This document shows, one piece after another, positions 21,306 to 28,730 of a DNA stretch of 32,000 nucleotides (position 1 is the first letter of the stretch; each line of letters opens with the position of its first letter). The position numbers and the translations under genes were made by a program. The notes beneath the pieces were generated by a model. It saw only the letters and a list, made by a program, of their open reading frames with translations. It had not been told where the DNA came from and did not search any database. Source of the DNA: Dysgonomonas termitidis (lineage in GTDB: Bacteria > Bacteroidota > Bacteroidia > Bacteroidales > Dysgonomonadaceae); assembly GCF_042654545.1 (NCBI RefSeq), contig NZ_JBHSGN010000063.1:44477-76476 (forward strand). The letters run 5' to 3'.

Positions 21306-23687
21306 ATGAAAACTTTGCGATTTTGTTTCATGGTTATGCTATTTATAACCAGTATATCTATACATGCCCAGAATACCCGTTCTACTGTATCGGGCACAGT
21401 TGTATCTCCAGATAAGATACCATTGGAGAATGTATCTGTTTCGATTGAAGGCACCCATTATGGGGCTTTAAGTGATGAAAATGGGAAATTCCGTTTCAGC
21501 GGGCCAATAGGCCAATATATGCTTGTTGTATCGTCATTGGATCATAAGCCTTACAAATCGGCTGTAAACCTAAAACGGGGAGAAAGTACGTTCAATATTG
21601 TATTGACGGAAAAGGCGCATGAATTAACAGAAGTGGTTGTTGAAGCCGGTGTAAATAGATTCTCGAACAAAGAGTCTGAGCATATAGCCAGACTCCCGCT
21701 TAAGAATCTTGAAAATCCACAGGTATATTCCGTAATCGGAAAGGATCTGATTAAAGAGCAAATAATCGTCAATTTTGACGATGCTCTTAAAAATAGTCCG
21801 GGAATAGATAAACTCTGGTCTTCTACCGGACGGGGAGGGGATGGTGCTGCCTACTTTACAATAAGGGGGTTCGCTGTTCAGCCGACAATGGTAAATGGGT
21901 TGGGCGGACAAACAAACGGAGGATTGGACCCTGCCAATATAGAACGTATAGAAGTCTTGAAAGGGCCTTCGGGTACACTGTTTGGCAGTAGTCTCGTTTC
22001 TTTTGGCGGATTAATAAATATTGTAACAAAGAAGCCATTTGAGAATTTTGCCGGTGATATATCATATACCATGGGTAGCTACGGGCTAAGCCGGATCGCC
22101 GCCGATATAAATACACCGATAGACAAGGAAAAGAAATTGTTGTTAAGGACAAATGCGGCCTATCAGTCAGAGAACAGTTTTCAGGACGCAGGTTTTAAGA
22201 AGTCTGTATTTCTTGCCCCATCTTTACTATATAAAGCAAATGATAGATTGTCGTTTACCGTGAATACTGAATTTTATACATCGGAAAGTACAAATCCGTT
22301 GATGGTATTCCTCAACAGAAGCCGGGAACTGGAATATAAGACACCGGATGCACTGGGGATGGATTATAAACGTTCATTTACAAGTAATGACATAACAATA
22401 AAAACACCTACCACTAAGCTGTTTGGTATGATGGAATATAAATTATCTGATAAATGGACGTCGCAAACATCTGTTTCGTACAGCAACCGTCAGTCGAAAG
22501 GTTTATACTCGTATGTGATGTTTCTCCAACCTCTCAGAGACGATTCATTGAGCAGATGGGTAGGTTCACAGAATACAACAGGGACAACAGTCGATATTCA
22601 GCAAAATTTTGTAGGAGACTTCAAAATAGGAAATATGAGAAACCGTCTGGTAGTAGGATTCGATTATTTCAACACCAAATCGAATAGCAGCAGCAACTAT
22701 GTAGCGTTCGACACCATCAATAGTCAGGTAGCCGACCCTAACTATACAAATCTGAGTGCGGCTGCCGTAAATGCCAAGTTGTCGGGATATAGTCCGTATT
22801 TATCAAATTCGAATGCAAATACATATAGCGTATATTTCTCGGATGTATTGAATGTTACCGACCGACTCTTGTTAATGGCCAGCTTGCGACTCGATTACTT
22901 TGACAACAAAGGTTATTACGATGTTAACAGTGGTGAAACATCAGGGGATTACAGTCAGACAGCTTTCTCTCCTAAGTTTGGGGCCGTTTATCAGATATTA
23001 CCGGAAAAACTTTCTATTTTTGCCAACTATATGAATGGTTTTGAAAATGTAGAGTCTTCGCTTCAGCCGGATGGTTCTGTCCGTACGTTCAAACCAAAGC
23101 AGGCGAATCAAATCGAAGGAGGCATTAAAACATCATTGTTTGATGGAAAACTGGTCGGTACAGCGAGCTATTATGATATATATGTGACTAATGTGGTTCG
23201 TCCTGATCCCGAACAACCTAATTTTACAATTCAGAACGGAGATGTTTATAGCCGTGGTGTCGAGTTTGACTTTACAGTTAATCCCATAGCAGGTCTTAGC
23301 ATTATTGCCGGATATAGTTACAACGAAAGCGTAAACAAAAAGACAAGTCCATCTGTGGATGGTCGCAGGGAGATAAGTGCAGGTCCCAGAAATTTAGTAA
23401 ACGGATGGGTAAGTTACACTATACAAAATGGTGTTGCTAAAGGGCTTGGATTCGGATTCGGTGGTAATTATGCAAGTGAGAATGCAATAACTAATACTGC
23501 AGAAACAGGCCGATTCGTTATCCCTGCATATACGATATTGAATGCCACCGCTTTTTATTCTACAGGTGCATTCCGTTTTGGCTTGAAGGTGGATAACCTG
23601 ACCGATAAAAAATATTGGAAAGGCTGGAGCACCGTTGAACCTCAAAAATTAAGACAGGTAATCGGAAATATTTCATTTCACTTTTAA
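21306..23687 (+). CDS. TonB-dependent siderophore-type receptor with N-terminal CarboxypepD_reg-like domain
   Basis: 793 aa with signal peptide MKTLRFCFMVMLFITSISIHAQ. CarboxypepD_reg-like segment VSGTVVSPDKIPLENVSVSIEGTHYGALSDENGKFRF. Plug motifs NSPGI, FTIRGF, IERIEVLKGPSGTLFG. Barrel ends with a terminal aromatic residue (...NISFHF). Confidence 0.88.
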   Translation: MKTLRFCFMVMLFITSISIHAQNTRSTVSGTVVSPDKIPLENVSVSIEGTHYGALSDENGKFRFSGPIGQYMLVVSSLDHKPYKSAVNLKRGESTFNIVLTEKAHELTEVVVEAGVNRFSNKESEHIARLPLKNLENPQVYSVIGKDLIKEQIIVNFDDALKNSPGIDKLWSSTGRGGDGAAYFTIRGFAVQPTMVNGLGGQTNGGLDPANIERIEVLKGPSGTLFGSSLVSFGGLINIVTKKPFENFAGDISYTMGSYGLSRIAADINTPIDKEKKLLLRTNAAYQSENSFQDAGFKKSVFLAPSLLYKANDRLSFTVNTEFYTSESTNPLMVFLNRSRELEYKTPDALGMDYKRSFTSNDITIKTPTTKLFGMMEYKLSDKWTSQTSVSYSNRQSKGLYSYVMFLQPLRDDSLSRWVGSQNTTGTTVDIQQNFVGDFKIGNMRNRLVVGFDYFNTKSNSSSNYVAFDTINSQVADPNYTNLSAAAVNAKLSGYSPYLSNSNANTYSVYFSDVLNVTDRLLLMASLRLDYFDNKGYYDVNSGETSGDYSQTAFSPKFGAVYQILPEKLSIFANYMNGFENVESSLQPDGSVRTFKPKQANQIEGGIKTSLFDGKLVGTASYYDIYVTNVVRPDPEQPNFTIQNGDVYSRGVEFDFTVNPIAGLSIIAGYSYNESVNKKTSPSVDGRREISAGPRNLVNGWVSYTIQNGVAKGLGFGFGGNYASENAITNTAETGRFVIPAYTILNATAFYSTGAFRFGLKVDNLTDKKYWKGWSTVEPQKLRQVIGNISFHF

Positions 23688-24862
23688 TGAACACAAAACA
23701 AAAGAAAAGCTTTTCACTCCGTAAGGTGTGCCATTGGGCGCACCTTTGGCTTGGTTTAATATCCGGGATCATTGTTTTTATTATAGCCATCACCGGTTGC
23801 ATTTATACATTTCAGGAAGAACTACGTGGCATCTTTCAACCTCAGCAATCTGTTGTAATGGAAGATAAGCCGTTTTTGTCACCCCATCAGCTCAAAGAGA
23901 AGGCAGAACCATATGTTTTCAAAGCTCCCGGTGACAGCCTGAATGCAATTTATGGAGTAAGCTATAGTAAACGCGACAAACCCGTTACAGTGGCATATAA
24001 CCATAGCGAAAAAGGATATACTCTTCTGTTGTTAAACCCTTATTCGGGCGGATATATTGGAGAACAAACTTATAGTGGCGACTTTTTCGGTTTTATTCTT
24101 TCCGGCCACCGCAATCTTTGGCTACCTTATGCAATAGGGCATCAGATAGTGGGCTGGGCAGTTGTTGTATTTGCGATAGTGACAATAACCGGAATTGTGC
24201 TGTGGATTCCCCGCAAATGGAAGAAAAAGGCTGTAAAGGCGGGATTGGTTATAAAGCGGAAAAGCAGATCATTTATGCTATTCTACGAGTTGCATAAGGT
24301 ATTAGGATTTTATACGGTTCTGTTTGCTTTTATTTTCGCTCTTACAGGCCTGACATGGAGTTTCAAATGGTATTCAAATGCTTACTATAAAGTAATCTCC
24401 GGAGGAGAGGAGTTAAAAGAATGGACTCCGGCTTTGTCCGATACTACTTTGATTCCCTCATTTTCAAATCCGGACGACGTATTGTGGGAGCGTGTCAGGC
24501 AGGAATACAAAATAGGTGAACAAGGTGTATTTATATTTGATTTTCCTATCGGGGACACAGGTGCTTACCGTATTTGTTTCAATTCGGCTGATAATAATGA
24601 GACGTATTACAAGCGGCATTTTCGTTTTTTTGACCGTAACTCATTGCAGGAATTGGAAGGCGGAGGTATATATGGTATAAGTTATGAGGGTTCTTCCAAT
24701 GCTGATAAGTTTTACCGTATGACTTATGATATCCATGTTGGGGCGATAGGTGGTTTACCGGGCAAAATAATCATGTTTCTGGCAAGCTTTATCATAGCCA
24801 GCTTACCTGTGACCGGTTTTATGATATGGCTTAAGAAAAAGAAGCCGAAAGAGGGGAAATGA
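23687..24862 (+). CDS. PepSY-associated TM-helix protein (PiuB / XusC-like inner-membrane partner)
   Basis: 391 aa. N-terminal LRKVCHWAHLWLGLISGIIVFIIAITG is typical of PepSY_TM proteins, and there are four predicted TM segments. The start codon overlaps the receptor stop by 1 nt (TAATG at 23685-23689). Confidence 0.8.
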   Translation: MNTKQKKSFSLRKVCHWAHLWLGLISGIIVFIIAITGCIYTFQEELRGIFQPQQSVVMEDKPFLSPHQLKEKAEPYVFKAPGDSLNAIYGVSYSKRDKPVTVAYNHSEKGYTLLLLNPYSGGYIGEQTYSGDFFGFILSGHRNLWLPYAIGHQIVGWAVVVFAIVTITGIVLWIPRKWKKKAVKAGLVIKRKSRSFMLFYELHKVLGFYTVLFAFIFALTGLTWSFKWYSNAYYKVISGGEELKEWTPALSDTTLIPSFSNPDDVLWERVRQEYKIGEQGVFIFDFPIGDTGAYRICFNSADNNETYYKRHFRFFDRNSLQELEGGGIYGISYEGSSNADKFYRMTYDIHVGAIGGLPGKIIMFLASFIIASLPVTGFMIWLKKKKPKEGK

Positions 24863-24968
24863 ATTGGAATAACCAGCATTAAATACCCTGATGAGGCTGT
24901 CTGTTACAATGCAGGCAATATGTGCTGTTATAATTTTTTGGACCAAATCAGTATGGGTAATGCAATAT

Positions 24969-26354
24969 TCATAGTTTAATCTGGGGCTTATACATCTCCA
25001 GCTGCATCAGGTTGCATTCTTTTTTCATGCGTATGGAATACTCCAGTTTTCCCACCTCAGGGCTGATGTTGTTTGATCCAAAAGTGAATTTTATACCTGC
25101 TTTTTTAGCTTTCATGATAATGGCTTTATTGGGGATGCGATACAACTCATTTATTTCTAAAGCCATACCGCTTTTAGCAAGGGCATCGATAACTCTGTTC
25201 ATTCTGTCTTCGGTCCAGAATTCATCGTAGCGGTCATTCATTTGCTCTGGAAGAAAGAATGGATTGACATATACATCGGCAGGTTCTCGCAAAACCGAAC
25301 ATATTTTATCTACAATCATATCCATATATTGCTGCTCATCATTAATCTTAACTTCCTCATTTATCCATAAGTGTACCCGGCGGTTTTTCATGTCATTAAA
25401 GGTCAAGGCGTCAGTGAAAACGAAGTCGAACCCGTCGCGGGCCTTTTCCGAGAAAGTAGTCACCCATTCACGCCCTTCACCCTGCATAGCCAGTATGAAA
25501 GGTTGGGTGCGCATCGTATCCAGAAAGTTAAAGACTTCTTTATCATTTGTAATAGGGAAGCCGACTCCGCAATTAGGGGCAACTACATAATTGATTCCCG
25601 CCTTTCTTGATTGTTTAGCTGCGGATTCTTTCGTAAGTCCTCCTTTTAAGTGTACATGATAGTCGAGTACAGGGAAATCTTCCTGGTGGAGATGAAGTAT
25701 ATCATCGTTTTGTTCGTCTTTGGCAATGGTTAGTTGAGCGGGAATATTTATATCTTTTCTATTGAGGGTTTCAATCGAAATACTTTTAAACTCTATATTT
25801 CCGCTACCTTTGCTCGCCAGTGAAATTGTACCCTCGGATAGAATGCATTTATCGTTTGGTGATATACGTAAGGGATGCGCAGGTTCTAAATATTCAACGA
25901 CAGGTTCCCCGTTTATTTTTACAATAATGGATTGGCCTTCTACCCGGATATTCATAGTAAACCACTGATCGTCTTTTACCAGGCTTTTGGTAAGATTGCG
26001 TACAGATAGCAGGCTACCGGTCATTCTCCACCATATGGGATCTGAAATATTATTGTTGATTGCTATCCGGTAACCCTTACCCGAAGATTCGTCTGTATGG
26101 AAACTTATAAAGCCTTTCCCGTTTTGTGTGGTCCGTAATACCAGATTTAAGTCAAAGTCTTTATATTCACCGTTTTTCAGGGTGGCACGGGAGTCTGGTC
26201 CCGAGAGTATTAACATACTATCATTTACCGAAACATTACCGGAGGTTTTCCAGTTTTTGTCGTTATGCCCATTGAATAATATCCTGCTTTTTGAGTTCGT
26301 GCAAGAACTTAAACAAATGAAACTTATGATAAATAATATTATGGTCCTACTCAT
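24969..26354 (-). CDS. Fusion lipoprotein: N-terminal DUF1080 (3-keto-disaccharide-hydrolase-like jelly roll) + C-terminal PHP/metal-dependent-hydrolase-like TIM-barrel domain
   Basis: 461 aa with lipoprotein signal MSRTIILFIISFICLSSC. The N-terminal ~195 aa have the DUF1080-like pattern: LFNGHNDKNWKTSG, ATLKNGEYKDFDLNLVLRT, GNSGF-type segment NGKGFISFH, GYRIAI, WFTMNIRVEGQSIIVKINGEPVVEY. The C-terminal ~240 aa start with an HxH motif (LDYHVHLKGG) and contain ALEINE and FTFGSNN, a degenerate form of the PHP GSDxH motif. Confidence 0.6.
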   Translation of the reverse strand: MSRTIILFIISFICLSSCTNSKSRILFNGHNDKNWKTSGNVSVNDSMLILSGPDSRATLKNGEYKDFDLNLVLRTTQNGKGFISFHTDESSGKGYRIAINNNISDPIWWRMTGSLLSVRNLTKSLVKDDQWFTMNIRVEGQSIIVKINGEPVVEYLEPAHPLRISPNDKCILSEGTISLASKGSGNIEFKSISIETLNRKDINIPAQLTIAKDEQNDDILHLHQEDFPVLDYHVHLKGGLTKESAAKQSRKAGINYVVAPNCGVGFPITNDKEVFNFLDTMRTQPFILAMQGEGREWVTTFSEKARDGFDFVFTDALTFNDMKNRRVHLWINEEVKINDEQQYMDMIVDKICSVLREPADVYVNPFFLPEQMNDRYDEFWTEDRMNRVIDALAKSGMALEINELYRIPNKAIIMKAKKAGIKFTFGSNNISPEVGKLEYSIRMKKECNLMQLEMYKPQIKL

Positions 26355-26401
26355 AAAATAAAAAGGCTTAATTGTTTTTTTTACAGAAAGAGGATATTTG
26401 C

Positions 26402-27316
26402 TTACTTACTGTAGCTTGCTTTCACAAATTGAGCATTGAGCAAATAATCCAGGCTGCTTTTAATACTTTCTTCAATTGTACTACTGTATTTTTCAACTTC
26501 AACTATAATATGTTTTACTCCGGCTGTTTCAGCATTCTTAAAGATGGCATCGAATCCGACCATCCCGCTTTGTCCGATTTCACGATGGTCCTTAATATGC
26601 AGGACAGAGAACCTGCCGGGGTATTTATTGAAATAATCGACAGGACTATTTTTGCCTATTACCACCCAATACACATCCATCTCAATAAACACGAATTCAG
26701 GGTTTGTATTCTCTATCAGATAGTCCATCATCACCACTTTGTCCTCTACTTTCTGAAATTCATGTGCATGATTATGATATCCGTATTTCAAACCACTCGC
26801 TTTACATCTTTTACCTATCTCATTGTAGTAATCGCAATATGTTTTCAAGTCTTTAACAGTCTTAGGTACCTCCAGCCATGGAGTTACTATATAAGTCATC
26901 CCGGCATCTTTATGTGCCTTAATCGCTATATCCCACCATTTCAACGATTCTGAAAAATCACCGGAAGCCAGCTCCTCCTGAGTAAGAGGTTTTGTGCAGT
27001 GAGAAGACAACACTTTCATCCCGGCAGTTTCCACGTCTTTTCTAAATTCCTGCGGGGTACGGTTATAAAATTTACCATCATTGTATCCGGCGGCTTCTAC
27101 AGCAGTATATCCCATTTGTGCCAGTTCTTTCAGTATAGCTGTATAATCGGTATCATACTTACCGGTCTGATCCACATAACTGCCAATCCTATCCCTGACA
27201 GAATATAATTGTATCGCTATATCTTTTTTTACATTTTTTTTGTTCTGTGCCGGAATTGCTTGCGGCAATATTATTAATAAAGCTAATACCAGCAGTAAAT
27301 AAAACTTATTTTTCAT
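26402..27316 (-). CDS. Exported sugar phosphate isomerase/epimerase-family (xylose-isomerase-like TIM barrel) protein
   Basis: Met at 27316 gives the signal peptide MKNKFYLLLVLALLIILPQAIPAQ. The track start at 27379 adds 21 aa that do not resemble a signal peptide. Family motifs: IAIQLYSVRD, GYTAVEAAGY, GYHNHAHEF, EMDVYWV, VLHIKD. Confidence 0.8.
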   Translation of the reverse strand: MKNKFYLLLVLALLIILPQAIPAQNKKNVKKDIAIQLYSVRDRIGSYVDQTGKYDTDYTAILKELAQMGYTAVEAAGYNDGKFYNRTPQEFRKDVETAGMKVLSSHCTKPLTQEELASGDFSESLKWWDIAIKAHKDAGMTYIVTPWLEVPKTVKDLKTYCDYYNEIGKRCKASGLKYGYHNHAHEFQKVEDKVVMMDYLIENTNPEFVFIEMDVYWVVIGKNSPVDYFNKYPGRFSVLHIKDHREIGQSGMVGFDAIFKNAETAGVKHIIVEVEKYSSTIEESIKSSLDYLLNAQFVKASYSK

Positions 27317-27412
27317 GATATTCATTTCTAATTTGTAAATACTAAAACAACTCCACAGGAGAGTCCTTAAACTCCCCAAATGGAGCTGACAACCAAACCC
27401 TTGTTGTAAATA

Positions 27413-28486
27413 TTATATTTGTTGTAACAGGCCATACCCGTTTTTCATTGTTTTTCTTCTTTGCAGGATTTTCTCAAGTGTTTGTATTTCCCCTATAGCC
27501 GGCAGATCCTTGCTCTTGGCATCTTCCAGAAATTCCCATGCATACTCTGATGATATAGCCGAATCACGCAGTGTAGGTAAGTCGGGATGTCTGATACCCG
27601 ATTCTATAGAGTCAGCAAACAGATTACATAATACGTCTATATTTTTACCACCGAATGCCCTCTCTTCCCGTATAGTTTGAGTTACTCCGTGTAATTCAAC
27701 CACAGCTGTTTTAAAATCGTGCGTCATGCGGGCAATACCTTCTGTCCCGATCATATCTATATATGAGTTGTGGGTCTGCTTCGCTGATAATTGTCCATAT
27801 ACGTGTCCCTGAGTAATATCGAAAACAACGCCGTTCTCAAATGTACCATGACATTGCAGCCACCACGGATCTTTATAATTCCACATCCGTACAGCCTGCG
27901 CGTTCCAAGTTCTGAAATTGCAGTCGGTATACCAGCGCGCAATATCTACATAATGCATTCCGCAATCATGGAATGACGGTCCTTCATATTCATGCCCTTC
28001 TCCCGGAGCAAGCCCTGGTGTAAGATGGCATATGCGTATGATGGCCAATTCTCCGATTTCGCCTTTCTGTATAAAATCCTTGATTAATTTATGATACCAC
28101 GAGTTGCGCAGATAAAGATTTACTGTTGAGAAAAGATCTGTACTTTCTGCAGCGCTGACGGCGCTCCACTCTCTTGTAATAGTATCGGCAATTGGTTTCT
28201 CGGAGATAACATGCTTTCCGCTCTGGATCGCTTTTTCTATTTGCTCTTTTCTTGAATTGGCCAGGGCAAACAGGCCTACAACCTGTACTGTTGGGTCATC
28301 AAATATTATCTGTTCGTTTTCTATAATTTCAGATTCAGGAGATAGTTTTCTTGCCAGTTCCCGTGAACTTGGGCTTACATCACATATATAAGCTATATTC
28401 CACCGTCCACTCTTCTGCATTTCCTGAAGATAAAATCTTCCCATCCTGCCAAAGCCTATCAGCCCGACTTTAATTCTAGTATTCAT
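27413..28486 (-). CDS. Gfo/Idh/MocA-family NAD(P)-dependent oxidoreductase (no recognisable export signal)
   Basis: 357 aa. N-terminal Rossmann motif KVGLIGFGRMGRFY and the family-typical EKP motif (HVISEKPIA). There is no signal peptide and no twin-arginine motif at the N-terminus. Confidence 0.85.
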   Translation of the reverse strand: MNTRIKVGLIGFGRMGRFYLQEMQKSGRWNIAYICDVSPSSRELARKLSPESEIIENEQIIFDDPTVQVVGLFALANSRKEQIEKAIQSGKHVISEKPIADTITREWSAVSAAESTDLFSTVNLYLRNSWYHKLIKDFIQKGEIGELAIIRICHLTPGLAPGEGHEYEGPSFHDCGMHYVDIARWYTDCNFRTWNAQAVRMWNYKDPWWLQCHGTFENGVVFDITQGHVYGQLSAKQTHNSYIDMIGTEGIARMTHDFKTAVVELHGVTQTIREERAFGGKNIDVLCNLFADSIESGIRHPDLPTLRDSAISSEYAWEFLEDAKSKDLPAIGEIQTLEKILQRRKTMKNGYGLLQQI

Positions 28487-28730
28487 GCTATTAACGATAA
28501 AAGATCATTTGTAAATTTATAAGAGGAAAAACGTCAGGTAAAAATGTTTCAGTTGTCTTTCAAGATAAAGAAAACAAACTGATCTTCCTCTTGTAACAAA
28601 GCTAATTCCAAATAATGATGGCAGGTTTTTCTGAATAGTATTTTGTAGAAATGCATAAGTCGTATAGTTTTGATATATAGTTTGTAATGTTTTTTTAAAT
28701 GGAAAAAAATGTAGACTGGTTAGAATTAAT

